From assembly GCF_050920415.1 (NCBI RefSeq), contig NZ_CP169309.1: 64,000 bases of DNA. One strand, written 5' to 3'. A program made the translations under genes and the position numbers. The stretch comes from Escherichia coli. GTDB taxonomy: Bacteria > Pseudomonadota > Gammaproteobacteria > Enterobacterales > Enterobacteriaceae. The notes beneath the pieces were generated by a model. That model was not told where the DNA came from and ran no database searches. It saw only the letters and a list, made by a program, of their open reading frames with translations. Positions 30,365-41,904 of the stretch are shown one piece after another. Numbering within the stretch: position 1 is the stretch's first letter; every line of letters begins with the position of its first letter.

Positions 30365-30525
30365 GGGTAAAAATCCGGTGGGTAAAATTATTTTATCCAC
30401 TTTTTACCCGTCATGGTGTGCGGCTGTCAACGATCTGACGCGAACCATGACGAACTGTGAATCTACGGAAGGCTTGATATTCAGGGGATTTTGCGGACTG
30501 GTACGGATGGGAGCGAACTGATAAA

Positions 30526-30600
30526 TGGTGTCCCCTGCAGGAATCGAACCTGCAATTAGCCCTTAGGAGGGGCTCGTTATATCCATTTAACTAAGAGGAC
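30526..30600 (-). tRNA. argW: tRNA-Arg (argW), prophage integration site
   Basis: Reverse complement reads GTCCTCTTAGTTAAATGGATATAACGAGCCCCTCCTAAGGGCTAATTGCAGGTTCGATTCCTGCAGGGGACACCA. Confidence 0.95.
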
Positions 30601-30675
30601 AATGCGGCATGAGTATACCCGCTAATGCTCAGCGGGGTAAGTACACTGCCGCTCGATTGCTTAAACCCTCGCCAT

Positions 30676-31608
30676 TTATGCCGGGTTTTTATCATTTTTC
30701 TTAATGTTTTCCGCACGTTCTGCTTTTTGTCGTGCTTCTGCTTTGCGCTTGTTGCTCATGTCGTTACGGATCTGTGCATGACTCATTAACGCGAATATAA
30801 AGGTGCCGCCGCAGATGTTTCCTGCCAGAGTAGGCAGCGCGAAGGGCCAGATGAAATCGCTCCAGTGCAGCGTGCCGTTAAATACCAGATAGAGGATTTC
30901 TACAGAACCGACAACGATGTGGGTGGTGTCTCCGAGGGCGATAAGCCAGGTCATTAATATAATCACTACAATCTTTGCCGCACCCGCTGCAGGAAACATC
31001 CATACCATAGTGGCGATCAGCCAGCCGGAAATGATCGCGTTGGCAAACATCTCACTGGGGGTGTTCTTCATCACATCCATGCCGATTTTTACAAATGCAT
31101 CGCGAGTTTCTTCATTAAAGATAGGCATATATTCAAATGCCCACGCCGCAATACCTGTCCCGAGAATATTCCCCAGCAGCACGACGCCCCATAACCGCAT
31201 AAGTAAGCCGACGTTGCTCATTGTCGGTTTTTGCATGACGGGTAGTACCGCAGTCACGGTGTTTTCGGTAAATAATTGCTGGCGGGCCATAATGACGATA
31301 ATAAAGCCAAAGGTATAACCGAGATTCTCCAGCAAGAAACTGCCCGGCACGCCTTCCAGTTCGACATGAAATATCCCTTTTGCCAGTAGTGAAGCGCCCA
31401 TCGACAGACCCGCCGCAATGGCTGACCACAGTAGCGCCATTGCGTCGCGTTCCAGCTCTTTTTCACCATCCTGGCGGATATGTTCATGAATTGCCATCGC
31501 CCGGGAGGGGAGTCGGTCTTCATCTATTTCTATTTTTTTGCCGCGTTCTTTTTCTTCGCTCTCAACTTCAATTTCGTCGCTGTGTTGATCAATTTTGTCG
31601 TTGTCCAT
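30676..31608 (-). CDS. yfdC: Formate/nitrite-transporter-family inner membrane protein
   Basis: 310 aa polytopic membrane protein; synteny with K-12. Confidence 0.8.
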   Translation of the reverse strand: MDNDKIDQHSDEIEVESEEKERGKKIEIDEDRLPSRAMAIHEHIRQDGEKELERDAMALLWSAIAAGLSMGASLLAKGIFHVELEGVPGSFLLENLGYTFGFIIVIMARQQLFTENTVTAVLPVMQKPTMSNVGLLMRLWGVVLLGNILGTGIAAWAFEYMPIFNEETRDAFVKIGMDVMKNTPSEMFANAIISGWLIATMVWMFPAAGAAKIVVIILMTWLIALGDTTHIVVGSVEILYLVFNGTLHWSDFIWPFALPTLAGNICGGTFIFALMSHAQIRNDMSNKRKAEARQKAERAENIKKNDKNPA

Positions 31609-31902
31609 GGTCTCTTCTCTTGAATTAGCACGTATAGCTAAAGCGTAGCGGCTTTTTTGCTCGCAACTGGCGGGAGTTACTCTGAAAATGTAGAAAAGGC
31701 TGTGTTTGCCTTTTTCTGTTTCTATAGAATCAAGTAGCCTACAGGGCGTCGATTACCAGGCTATGATCAAATCAGCAAATCAGGGCGTCTGGACATCAGT
31801 TGACGTGCTGTTACAATCGCCCACACCTAAACAGGCGGATACGGTATCGTTCCGTCATGGATGGCAAACTGCATAAGCCATAAAAAAAACAGGGAGACAT
31901 TT

Positions 31903-32658
31903 ATGAAGCTTCGCCTGTCGGCGCTTGCTCTTGGAACTACGCTTCTGGTGGGGTGTGCGAGTTCCGGTACAGATCAGCAAGGGCGTTCTGACCCATTAGA
32001 AGGGTTCAACCGCACCATGTACAACTTCAACTTCAATGTATTAGACCCGTATATTGTTCGACCGGTCGCAGTCGCCTGGCGTGATTATGTTCCGCAACCG
32101 GCGCGTAACGGTTTGAGCAACTTTACCGGCAACCTTGAAGAACCTGCGGTGATGGTTAACTACTTCTTGCAGGGCGACCCTTATCAGGGGATGGTCCACT
32201 TTACCCGCTTTTTCCTGAACACTATTTTGGGGATGGGCGGCTTTATTGATGTTGCGGGGATGGCGAACCCGAAACTGCAACGGACTGAACCTCACCGCTT
32301 CGGTAGTACGCTTGGTCATTATGGCGTGGGGTATGGGCCGTACGTACAATTACCGTTCTACGGAAGCTTCACGCTGCGTGATGACGGCGGTGATATGGCG
32401 GATGGTCTTTACCCGGTACTTTCCTGGCTGACCTGGCCGATGTCCGTGGGTAAATGGACGCTTGAAGGTATCGAAACCCGTGCGCAACTGCTGGATTCCG
32501 ACGGCCTGCTGCGTCAGTCGTCCGACCCATACATTATGGTGCGCGAAGCGTACTTCCAGCGTCATGATTTCATCGCCAATGGCGGCGAACTCAAACCGCA
32601 GGAAAACCCGAACGCGCAAGCGATTCAGGATGAGTTAAAAGATATCGATTCTGAATAA
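31903..32658 (+). CDS. mlaA: Outer-membrane lipoprotein MlaA (VacJ)
   Basis: Start at ATG 31903 (MKLRLSALALGTTLLVGCASS lipoprotein signal); 251 aa. Confidence 0.9.
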   Translation: MKLRLSALALGTTLLVGCASSGTDQQGRSDPLEGFNRTMYNFNFNVLDPYIVRPVAVAWRDYVPQPARNGLSNFTGNLEEPAVMVNYFLQGDPYQGMVHFTRFFLNTILGMGGFIDVAGMANPKLQRTEPHRFGSTLGHYGVGYGPYVQLPFYGSFTLRDDGGDMADGLYPVLSWLTWPMSVGKWTLEGIETRAQLLDSDGLLRQSSDPYIMVREAYFQRHDFIANGGELKPQENPNAQAIQDELKDIDSE

Positions 32659-32668
32659 GAAACAAATA

Positions 32669-32698
32669 AAAAGGTGAGTCGCAAAACTCACCTTTTTT
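32669..32698 (+). terminator. Rho-independent terminator after mlaA
   Basis: AAAGGTGAGT..ACTCACCTTTTTT hairpin. Confidence 0.7.
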
Positions 32699-32837
32699 GT
32701 TGTTATCCCTCAATTACCACAAGTAAAAGGAGACAAACCGACAATGACCCGGACGAATTATGTAAAAATACTGATGTTCGTCACTGACTGTTTCCGATAT
32801 TCAGACGTTGAAAAATCAAAAAACTGGACAAATAATT

Positions 32838-34037
32838 TTAATTATCATCAAAATTAACACCCAACGCAGAGAGTTGTTTAATTTCACTTTGATATTTCAT
32901 CTGGCGATTTTGAAGTCTTTTTTCAACTTTATCTTCGATTTCCTTAAACTGTTTATATTCATTTTGAGAGTTGTCAACGTCAACTTCGTTAGCGAATAAA
33001 GTAGAAATTATTTCTTTTACATTATCGCGTCTAAATTTTGCATCGTCCACTTGAAAATTGTATCTTATTGCTCGACCTAAACGTTTAAAAACTTCGTTAG
33101 GTTCTCTCAGTCTTTCCCCGTTGAGCTCGTTTACAACCTGATGATCGGAACCTGTTGCGAATGATTCTGCCATGATAGCTTTACTGCTTTCAAACCACGC
33201 TGAAGCATTCCTGGCGTTTTCACTACAATATTGGGTGAGACTATCACCATTAATACGAATTCCTCTTTGAATGTGGTAGTCGTCCTGATCGTAGTAACCG
33301 AGAGATAAGTAATCATTTCCGTTTTTATTTTTAATTACAATAGCGAGAGAGTCGCCTTTTTTATCTTTACCGTACCAGGTAAATAAGTCCGTTGGTTCGC
33401 TTTTCCCGCTCTCATCAAGTTTCGTTACCGTATGTCTGAGTTTGTGTGATATTTTATCGAAGATAAAACCAGGATTTCCATCATATATTTCTTTTATTGC
33501 GCTGAAGATCATTTCCTTGTTATGGATATCATGAGTATTCTCTACTACATTTTCACTGATGATGGTTTGACCGACTTTTTTGTTTTCATCGTTCGCAGGT
33601 GATTTTGTTGGTTCTTGATTATTAATACCAATAATACCATCATCAGTATATTCAGCATTATTTATATCATCATGAGTCTTCTCAACTATGTTGTCATTAA
33701 TGATAGTACGGACGAGTTCTTTGTCTTTATAGTTCGCAGATAATTTTATTGGTTCTTGGTTGTCGATACCAATAGTAATATAGTCTGTATCATTGGAGCC
33801 AATATCAATATAAGTAACTGAGGAATTATTGATAATTATTCTATCAAGTTCACCGGTTCCTCGTATGGCATTTTTTATAAGCTCAAGTAGATGTTTAATA
33901 CAGGTACTTATTCCTTCCTTGCCATTAAAAAGGTTTTTGAACTCTTGTACTAATCCATTAACTTCATTATTGTTATTTTCATTGGTGGATTCTGTGTAAG
34001 TTGGGCAGGTATTGTTGATTGAAACAGCTGGTAGCAT
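32838..34037 (-). CDS. yfdF: Uncharacterised protein YfdF-like
   Basis: 399 aa, Asn/Asp-rich; position between mlaA and fadL. Confidence 0.6.
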   Translation of the reverse strand: MLPAVSINNTCPTYTESTNENNNNEVNGLVQEFKNLFNGKEGISTCIKHLLELIKNAIRGTGELDRIIINNSSVTYIDIGSNDTDYITIGIDNQEPIKLSANYKDKELVRTIINDNIVEKTHDDINNAEYTDDGIIGINNQEPTKSPANDENKKVGQTIISENVVENTHDIHNKEMIFSAIKEIYDGNPGFIFDKISHKLRHTVTKLDESGKSEPTDLFTWYGKDKKGDSLAIVIKNKNGNDYLSLGYYDQDDYHIQRGIRINGDSLTQYCSENARNASAWFESSKAIMAESFATGSDHQVVNELNGERLREPNEVFKRLGRAIRYNFQVDDAKFRRDNVKEIISTLFANEVDVDNSQNEYKQFKEIEDKVEKRLQNRQMKYQSEIKQLSALGVNFDDN

Positions 34038-34403
34038 GATTTTATTCCACGTTGATTGATTTGTTGCAAATATATATTACCTAATAAAATAGACTATCAA
34101 AAAACGCTCATTTATTTAGAACCTATCTTTAATTTGAGTGTATGAGTGCATAATAGCCAGGGTGGTTTGAGTATCCTGGAAATTCAGAAAAGTAAACTCA
34201 TTGAGAAGGACGAGCAGAATGCCTGATAATCTGTCTTTCCCTTTAGGCCTGTCTGTGGATAACGCTTACAAATTTGCAAGGGCAAGCTGCCATCAGGCTG
34301 TTTGCAAAACTCAGGAGGCAAGCAATGAGGAAACTACTTTCGGTGAAGAGAGGGAGTTAAAGTCACCTGCATAGCAGGTGACTTTAACTAAGCTAACGCG
34401 TTA

Positions 34404-35744
34404 TCAGAACGCGTAGTTAAAGTTCGTCCCGAACAGCCAGGCTTTACCTTCAGACTCGAACTGATATGGGCCTTCGTTAATTTTCACGCTCTGGCCGTGC
34501 ATATAAGAAACACCAACGTCGACTGAAGCATCTTTATTAAATGCGTAAGTCGTACCTGCACTCAGCCAGAAACGGTCCTGGTCCGGAATGGAGATAGAAC
34601 GATTCTGTGCCGGAACTGGGCTGTCATCGAAGGCGATACCGGTACGGAAGGTCCAGTTATCATCGTAGTAATAAGTGGTACCCAACGCGATGCGGTAAGC
34701 ATCTTTAAAGCCTTCATGTTTCTGGAACAGCGTGTCGCCACTCGTTGATGTCGCTTTCAGTTGCTGGAACTGACTCCAGCTGGTGTAAGCCAGGCTATAG
34801 TGAATTGCCCACTGCGGATCAACACGGTTATAACCCGACACTTCCCACATTTCAGGCAGGTTCAGCGTCAGATAACCCGACTGCGTAGAGCCACCTGTCG
34901 CGGTAGGAATTGGCAAACCGTAGTTATTAAAAGCCGGGTTAAGATCGCTGCTGTAGTTACCCTTGAAGTCAATTTTCACTTCAGAGCGGTAGGTCAATGC
35001 GTAGCGGTTGTTTTTATCCAGTTCGTACAGGATCCCGGCGTTCCAGCCAAAGCCCCACTGGTTACCGTTCAGGTGAGCGATTTTGGTATTACTGTCGATG
35101 CCGTTGGCGGTAGCTGCTAATGCTTGCCCCTGAGGAGTCCGCCCAGCAGGAGATTGCATAATCTGACCAGCCACCAGTTGCCCCAGATCGCCTGCAAAAC
35201 GTTCAATTTTCGCACGAGCGTAGACGGCGTTGAAACCGAGACCAAAGCTCCATGCATTATTTAAGCGATACGCACCGCTTAAGTTCAGGTTCATGGTTTC
35301 GAGGTCGGTGGTACCACCGACAGAGCCGCCTGCATAAGTATCGTTAAACTCTGTCGCCAGACCATAGTTAGAGGTAATAGAAGCCCCCCAACCAAATTGG
35401 TCGTTAATCGGTGCAACAAAGTGCATGTTCGGAACCCATGCCGTAGGCGCGATATTATCGGCTTTCAGGCTACGACCAGACGGAGACGTTCCGCTGATAT
35501 TTACGTCCGGATCTATATAAACCGCACCCGCAGAAAATGTCGGGCGGTCAAACATGGTAATCAACGCGGGGTTACGGCTGACGTTACCTGCATCATCGGC
35601 AATAGCGCCTTCCCCTGAATAAGCCCGGCCCAGGCCAGAGGAAGAAAATTCGTTTAACTGAAAGCCTGCCGACCAGGCCTGGGTGGAGATAAGTGCCACT
35701 GCGACTGCGATAGCAGACTTTGTAAACAGGGTTTTCTGGCTCAT
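34404..35744 (-). CDS. fadL: Long-chain fatty acid outer-membrane transporter FadL
   Basis: Signal peptide [26 protein letters not shown]-terminal aromatic residue; 446 aa. Confidence 0.9.
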   Translation of the reverse strand: MSQKTLFTKSAIAVAVALISTQAWSAGFQLNEFSSSGLGRAYSGEGAIADDAGNVSRNPALITMFDRPTFSAGAVYIDPDVNISGTSPSGRSLKADNIAPTAWVPNMHFVAPINDQFGWGASITSNYGLATEFNDTYAGGSVGGTTDLETMNLNLSGAYRLNNAWSFGLGFNAVYARAKIERFAGDLGQLVAGQIMQSPAGRTPQGQALAATANGIDSNTKIAHLNGNQWGFGWNAGILYELDKNNRYALTYRSEVKIDFKGNYSSDLNPAFNNYGLPIPTATGGSTQSGYLTLNLPEMWEVSGYNRVDPQWAIHYSLAYTSWSQFQQLKATSTSGDTLFQKHEGFKDAYRIALGTTYYYDDNWTFRTGIAFDDSPVPAQNRSISIPDQDRFWLSAGTTYAFNKDASVDVGVSYMHGQSVKINEGPYQFESEGKAWLFGTNFNYAF

Positions 35745-36115
35745 GACCATAACCTCAATGATTTATTTTTATACAAACTATGTTACGTACTGTAACAGGA
35801 GCGCGAAGTGTAGGGTCTGAGGTACATCTTAGAAATCAGACCAGTGGCGAGAGTATAGGTCGGACCAGATGGAATGTTGCAAGTATGTTTCTATATTTTT
35901 TCAAATATGATCTAAGAAACGCGATCCAGCTGGCAAAATTTGGAGGTGGCGCACTCATGGATTCGGGTGAATTTTGTTTTAGATCATTTTTAAGTGTGAT
36001 TTCGGTCACTTATCCGATTTTGCAGAATTAACAACTGGAGCAGCACTTTCCGGAAGCGTAAAATATCCCCAACGTTTATCTGGCACCTTAGGTGCACATA
36101 CAGAGGAAATCAACG

Positions 36116-36400
36116 ATGAGTAAATGTAGTGCTGATGAAACCCCGGTTTGCTGCTGTATGGATGTTGGCACCATTATGGACAACTCCGACTGCACCGCGT
36201 CTTACAGCCGCGTGTTTGCAAACCGCGCAGAAGCAGAACAAACGCTGGCGGCGCTGACTGAAAAAGCCCGTAGCGTGGAATCCGAACCTTGCAAAATCAC
36301 CCCGACTTTCACTGAAGAGTCTGACGGTGTGCGCCTGGATATCGATTTCACTTTTGCCTGCGAAGCTGAAATGTTGATCTTCCAGCTGGGTCTGCGTTAA
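36116..36400 (+). CDS. yfcZ: YfcZ family protein
   Basis: 94 aa MSKCSADETPVCCCMDVGT.. ; synteny. Confidence 0.8.
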   Translation: MSKCSADETPVCCCMDVGTIMDNSDCTASYSRVFANRAEAEQTLAALTEKARSVESEPCKITPTFTEESDGVRLDIDFTFACEAEMLIFQLGLR

Positions 36401-36581
36401 TTCCTCTCGGGTATATACGCCCCTGTCAGTTCCTGGCGGGGGCTTTTTTATTTTCTCTTCCTCTTTTCTCTCTGTGTCATAGCTCCCACTTTCCCTTTTC
36501 TCCACTTGGCTAAATGTAAAAAAATGGTTAAGACTATGATCAGGTCAGACCACTTTATTTATTTTTTTACAGGGGAGTGTT

Positions 36582-37892
36582 ATGGGTCAGGTTTTACCGC
36601 TGATTACCCGCCAGGGCGATCGTATCGCCATTGTTAGCGGCTTACGTACGCCTTTTGCCCGTCAGGCGACGGCTTTTCATGGCATTCCCGCTGTTGATTT
36701 GGGGAAGATGGTCGTAGGCGAATTGCTGGCACGCAGCGAGATCCCCGCCGAAGTGATTGAACAACTGGTTTTTGGTCAGGTCGTACAAATGCCTGAAGCC
36801 CCCAACATTGCGCGTGAAATTGTTCTTGGCACCGGAATGAATGTCCATACCGATGCTTACAGCGTCAGCCGCGCTTGTGCTACCAGTTTTCAGGCGGTTG
36901 CAAACGTCGCCGAAAGCCTGATGGCGGGAACTATTCGTGCGGGGATTGCCGGCGGGGCAGATTCCTCTTCCGTATTGCCCATTGGTGTTAGTAAAAAACT
37001 GGCGCGCGTGTTGGTGGATGTCAACAAAGCCCGCACGATGAGCCAACGACTGAAACTTTTTTCTCGCCTGCGTTTGCGTGACTTAATGCCCGTACCGCCT
37101 GCGGTGGCGGAGTATTCCACAGGCTTGCGGATGGGCGACACCGCCGAACAAATGGCGAAAACCTACGGTATTACTCGCGAACAGCAAGATGCGCTGGCGC
37201 ACCGTTCACATCAGCGTGCTGCTCAGGCATGGTCAGAAGATAAGCTCAAAGAAGAGGTAATGACCGCCTACGTTCCTCCTTATAAACAACCGCTCGCGGA
37301 AGACAACAATATTCGCGGCAATTCCACGCTTGCTGATTACGCAAAGCTGCGTCCGGCGTTTGATCGCAAACACGGGACGGTAACGGCAGCAAACAGTACG
37401 CCGCTGACCGATGGCGCAGCGGCGGTGATCCTGATGACTGAATCACGGGCGAAAGAATTGGGCCTGGTGCCGCTGGGATATCTGCGTAGCTACGCATTTA
37501 CCGCTATTGATGTCTGGCAGGACATGTTGCTCGGCCCGGCCTGGTCAACGCCGCTGGCGCTGGAACGCGCTGGATTGACGATGGCCGATCTGACATTGAT
37601 TGACATGCACGAAGCCTTTGCCGCCCAGACGCTGGCTAATATTCAGTTGCTTGGCAGCGAACGTTTTGCGCGCGACGTACTGGGGCGTTCCCATGCTACT
37701 GGTGAAGTGGACGATAGTAAGTTTAACGTGCTTGGTGGTTCCATTGCGTACGGGCATCCCTTCGCAGCGACTGGAGCGCGGATGATTACCCAGACATTGC
37801 ATGAACTTCGCCGTCGCGGCGGTGGATTTGGCTTAGTGACCGCTTGTGCTGCTGGTGGGCTTGGTGCGGCAATGGTTCTGGAGGCGGAATAA
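36582..37892 (+). CDS. fadI: 3-ketoacyl-CoA thiolase (anaerobic beta-oxidation)
   Basis: 436 aa thiolase; synteny with fadJ. Confidence 0.95.
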   Translation: MGQVLPLITRQGDRIAIVSGLRTPFARQATAFHGIPAVDLGKMVVGELLARSEIPAEVIEQLVFGQVVQMPEAPNIAREIVLGTGMNVHTDAYSVSRACATSFQAVANVAESLMAGTIRAGIAGGADSSSVLPIGVSKKLARVLVDVNKARTMSQRLKLFSRLRLRDLMPVPPAVAEYSTGLRMGDTAEQMAKTYGITREQQDALAHRSHQRAAQAWSEDKLKEEVMTAYVPPYKQPLAEDNNIRGNSTLADYAKLRPAFDRKHGTVTAANSTPLTDGAAAVILMTESRAKELGLVPLGYLRSYAFTAIDVWQDMLLGPAWSTPLALERAGLTMADLTLIDMHEAFAAQTLANIQLLGSERFARDVLGRSHATGEVDDSKFNVLGGSIAYGHPFAATGARMITQTLHELRRRGGGFGLVTACAAGGLGAAMVLEAE

Positions 37893-40036
37893 TGGAAATG
37901 GCATCAGCTTTTACTCTTAATGTTCGTCTGGACAACATTGCAGTCATCACCATCGACGTTCCCGGTGAGAAAATGAATACCCTGAAGGCGGAGTTTGCCT
38001 CGCAGGTGCGCACCATTATTAAGCAACTTCGCGAAAACAAAGAATTACGTGGAGTTGTATTTATCTCAGCGAAACCGGACAACTTTATCGCCGGAGCAGA
38101 CATCAACATGATCGGCAACTGCAAAACGGCGCAAGAAGCGGAAGAGCTGGCGCGGCAGGGGCAACAGTTAATGGCGGAGATTCATGCTCTGCCTGTTCCG
38201 GTTATCGCGGCTATTCATGGCGCTTGCCTGGGGGGCGGGCTGGAACTGGCACTGGCGTGTCATGGCCGCGTCTGCAGTGACGATCCTAAAACGGTGCTTG
38301 GCTTGCCGGAAGTTCAGCTTGGATTATTGCCAGGTTCAGGCGGTACTCAGCGTTTGCCGCGCCTCATTGGCGTCAGCACCGCGCTGGAGATGATCCTCAC
38401 AGGCAAGCAACTACGGGCAAAGCAGGCTTTCAAACTGGGGCTGGTGGATGATGTCGTTCCGCACTCTATTTTACTGGAATCCGCCGTTGAGTTGGCAAAG
38501 CAGGATCGACTATCTTCCCGCCCGCTACCTGTACGCGAGCGTATTCTGGCGGGGCCGCTAGGTCGTGCACTGTTGTTCAAAATGGTCGGCAAGAAAACAG
38601 AGCAGAAAACTCAGGGGAACTATCCGGCGACAAAACGCATTCTTGAAGTCATCGAAACCGGATTAGCGCAAGGCACCAGTAGCGGCTATGACGCGGAAGC
38701 CCGTGCCTTTGGTGAACTGGCGATGACACCACAATCGCAGGCTCTGCGTAGTATCTTTTTTGCCAGTACCGAAGTGAAGAAAGATCCGGGCAGTGATGCT
38801 CCGCCCGCGCCGTTAAATAGCGTAGGAATTTTAGGTGGTGGCTTGATGGGGGGCGGTATTGCTTATGTTACTGCTTGTAAAGCGGGCTTGCCGGTCAGAA
38901 TTAAAGATATCAACCCGCAGGGCATAAATCATGCATTGAAGTACAGCTGGGATCAGTTGGAGGGCAAAGTGCGCCGCCGACATCTCAAAGCCAGCGAACG
39001 TGACAAACAGCTGGCATTAATTTCGGGAACAACGGATTATCGCGGCTTTGCCCATCGTGACTTAATTATTGAAGCGGTGTTTGAAAATCTCGAATTAAAA
39101 CAAAAGATGGTGGCGGAAGTAGAGGAAAATTGCGCCACTCATACCATCTTCGCTTCGAATACGTCATCTTTACCAATTAGCGATATTGCCGCTCACGCCT
39201 CGCGGCCGGAGCAGGTTATCGGTCTTCATTTCTTCAGCCCGGTAGAAAAAATGCCGCTGGTGGAGATCATTCCCCATACGGGGACATCGGCGCAAACCAT
39301 CGCTACAACGGTAAAACTGGCGAAAAAACAGGGAAAAACGCCAATTGTTGTGCGTGACAAAGCCGGGTTTTATGTCAATCGCATTTTAGCGCCTTACATC
39401 AATGAAGCTATCCGCATGTTGACTGAAGGTGAACGGGTTGAGCATATCGATGCCGCACTGGTCAAGTTTGGTTTTCCGGTGGGACCAATCCAACTTTTGG
39501 ATGAGGTAGGAATCGACACCGGGACTAAAATTATTCCTGTACTGGAAGCCGCTTATGGAGAACGTTTTAGCGCGCCTGCAAATGTTGTTTCTTCAATTTT
39601 GAATGACGATCGCAAAGGCAGAAAAAATGGTCGGGGTTTCTATCTTTATGGGCCGAAAGGGCGTAAAAGCAAAAAACAGGTCGATCCTGCTATTTATCCG
39701 CTGATTGGCGCGCAAGGGCAGGGGCGACTCTCCGCACCGCAGGTTGCTGAACGGTGTGTGATGATGATGCTGAATGAAGCTGTACGTTGTCTGGACGAGC
39801 AGGTTATCCGTAGCGTGCGTGACGGGGATATCGGCGCGGTATTTGGAATTGGGTTTCCGCCGTTTCTCGGTGGCCCATTTCGCTATATCGACGCTCTCGG
39901 TGCGGCAGAAGTGGTTGCAATAATGCAACGTCTGACCGCGCGGTACGGTTCTCGTTTTACCCCTTGCGATCGTTTAGTTGAGATGAGCGAACGTGGGGAA
40001 AGTTTTTGGAAAACAACTGCAACTGACCTGCAATAA
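37892..40036 (+). CDS. fadJ: Enoyl-CoA hydratase/3-hydroxyacyl-CoA dehydrogenase
   Basis: Start [11 protein letters not shown] at 37892 overlapping fadI stop; 714 aa. Confidence 0.95.
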   Translation: MEMASAFTLNVRLDNIAVITIDVPGEKMNTLKAEFASQVRTIIKQLRENKELRGVVFISAKPDNFIAGADINMIGNCKTAQEAEELARQGQQLMAEIHALPVPVIAAIHGACLGGGLELALACHGRVCSDDPKTVLGLPEVQLGLLPGSGGTQRLPRLIGVSTALEMILTGKQLRAKQAFKLGLVDDVVPHSILLESAVELAKQDRLSSRPLPVRERILAGPLGRALLFKMVGKKTEQKTQGNYPATKRILEVIETGLAQGTSSGYDAEARAFGELAMTPQSQALRSIFFASTEVKKDPGSDAPPAPLNSVGILGGGLMGGGIAYVTACKAGLPVRIKDINPQGINHALKYSWDQLEGKVRRRHLKASERDKQLALISGTTDYRGFAHRDLIIEAVFENLELKQKMVAEVEENCATHTIFASNTSSLPISDIAAHASRPEQVIGLHFFSPVEKMPLVEIIPHTGTSAQTIATTVKLAKKQGKTPIVVRDKAGFYVNRILAPYINEAIRMLTEGERVEHIDAALVKFGFPVGPIQLLDEVGIDTGTKIIPVLEAAYGERFSAPANVVSSILNDDRKGRKNGRGFYLYGPKGRKSKKQVDPAIYPLIGAQGQGRLSAPQVAERCVMMMLNEAVRCLDEQVIRSVRDGDIGAVFGIGFPPFLGGPFRYIDALGAAEVVAIMQRLTARYGSRFTPCDRLVEMSERGESFWKTTATDLQ

Positions 40037-40238
40037 GAAGGTCAAAGTTATATGAATCCGCGCTGAATGGCGGAGTGTTGGTCAAAATGTAAACGCATAT
40101 TGACTATACTTACGCCATTGAGGTAAAAAACAGCGTTTCATTCGGTGAATGGATAAGGCACAATGCCGGCCACCGTCGTGTTTCTCTGGTTTCAGATGAA
40201 ACACGATGGGCGAATCTGGTTAACAAAAGCGGTGCAAT

Positions 40239-40724
40239 ATGCAAGTTTTTATCATGCGTCACGGCGACGCAGCCCTCGATGCCGCCAGTGATTCGGTTCG
40301 TCCTCTGACCACTAATGGTTGTGACGAATCTCGCCTGATGGCGAACTGGCTGAAAGGTCAAAAAGTGGAAATCGAACGTGTTCTGGTGAGCCCGTTCCTG
40401 CGAGCCGAGCAAACACTGGAAGAAGTGGCGGATTGTATGGACCTGCCTTCCAGTGTAGAAGTTCTGCCTGAGCTAACGCCCTGTGGCGATGTTGGTCTGG
40501 TCAGTGCGTATCTCCAGGCACTGACCAACGAAGGTGTCGAGTCGGTACTGGTTATCTCCCACTTACCATTAGTCGGGTATCTGGTTGCCGAGTTATGTCC
40601 GGGCGAAACGCCGCCTATGTTTACCACTTCAGCGATTGCCAGCGTTACACTTGATGAAAGTGGAAACGGTCAATTCAACTGGCAGATGAGCCCGTGTAAT
40701 CTGAAGATGGCAAAAGCAATTTAA
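40239..40724 (+). CDS. sixA: Phosphohistidine phosphatase SixA
   Basis: 161 aa, RHG motif (IMRHGDA). Confidence 0.9.
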   Translation: MQVFIMRHGDAALDAASDSVRPLTTNGCDESRLMANWLKGQKVEIERVLVSPFLRAEQTLEEVADCMDLPSSVEVLPELTPCGDVGLVSAYLQALTNEGVESVLVISHLPLVGYLVAELCPGETPPMFTTSAIASVTLDESGNGQFNWQMSPCNLKMAKAI

Positions 40725-41271
40725 AAGCTCATATGCCCGGTTGCGTACGCGTATACCGGGCAAATTTTTTCTGTCCTAATTGTGATCATATTTTACATAT
40801 CACGAATTTTATTATCTTTCTTGTTATTGAAACTGGTAATAACACAGTGGAATAATGGTTTTGTATCTTGAATATATATTAATTAATTTAATTGAGATTT
40901 AATCTTATCAATAAATAATTGCAAAATCATTATAAATTATCTCAGTGGTTTTTATATTCAATGCATTCACATTGATTATGATGTCTTTTCTTTTTTTTGA
41001 TAATGCGCATGTTTTTTTATTGAAAAGCGAGTGAGATATTCTGGTTGTGTATTGATTAATTAAATCTACATAAAGTCTTTAAGTATTGCTACATTGATTA
41101 TTTTTAAGGATAAGACCAACATAACGACACACCAGAGAATATCTGTTTACATTCTATGATTATTTGGGACATATGATGTTCAATGGTTAACTAAAAGCGT
41201 CAGACATAATATATACAATAATATTATGTCAGTTGCTTGTATTATACATTTTAATGATTTAAGGACAAATA

Positions 41272-41832
41272 ATGAGTAAGTTTGCCAAAACAGCCATTGC
41301 TGCCGCAATGGTGATGGGCGCAGTTGTCTCCGCGTCAGCATTTGCTGCAGGCAACAACGGTACTGCACGTTTCTACGGCACCATTGAAGACTCCCCGTGC
41401 TCTATCGTTCCAGACGATCACAAACTGGAAGTGGATTTAGGTAACATCGGTGCCGAAGTACTGAAAAACAACGGGACTACCACGCCGAAAGATTTTCAGA
41501 TTCGTTTGCAGGACTGCGTATTTGAAACCCAAACGAACATGGAAACGACGTTCACCGGTAACGTTTCTACGGGAAACGAGAATTACTACACCATTTTTAA
41601 TACCGATACAGGTGCTGCGTTTAACAATGTAAGCCTGGCGATTGGTGATAAGCAAGGTACTTCCTATAAAAGCGGTGCTGGCATTAAACAGGCGATCGTA
41701 AATGACTCAGCAACCAATAAAGGCAAACCTAAACAGACTCTGAACTTCAAAGCCTGGTTAGTCGGTGCGACGGGTACGCCTGACCTGGGTGGTTTTGAAG
41801 CGAATACCACTTTCCAGATTACCTATCTCTAA
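41272..41832 (+). CDS. yfcV: Fimbrial major subunit (Yfc chaperone-usher fimbriae)
   Basis: 186 aa with signal peptide and fimbrial C-terminal beta strand; AT-rich upstream region. Confidence 0.8.
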   Translation: MSKFAKTAIAAAMVMGAVVSASAFAAGNNGTARFYGTIEDSPCSIVPDDHKLEVDLGNIGAEVLKNNGTTTPKDFQIRLQDCVFETQTNMETTFTGNVSTGNENYYTIFNTDTGAAFNNVSLAIGDKQGTSYKSGAGIKQAIVNDSATNKGKPKQTLNFKAWLVGATGTPDLGGFEANTTFQITYL

Positions 41833-41904
41833 GGTAATTCACCCCCATAGCATCTCGCTATGGGGGATTTTGGCGAGTTTTTGGACTTATTATAATAATC
41901 ACGG

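Noticed and set aside
37844-37891. N-terminal extension [16 protein letters not shown] of the fadJ ORF
   Set aside because: It overlaps the fadI C-terminus; the FadJ start is the ATG at 37892 (MEMASAF..) overlapping the fadI stop.
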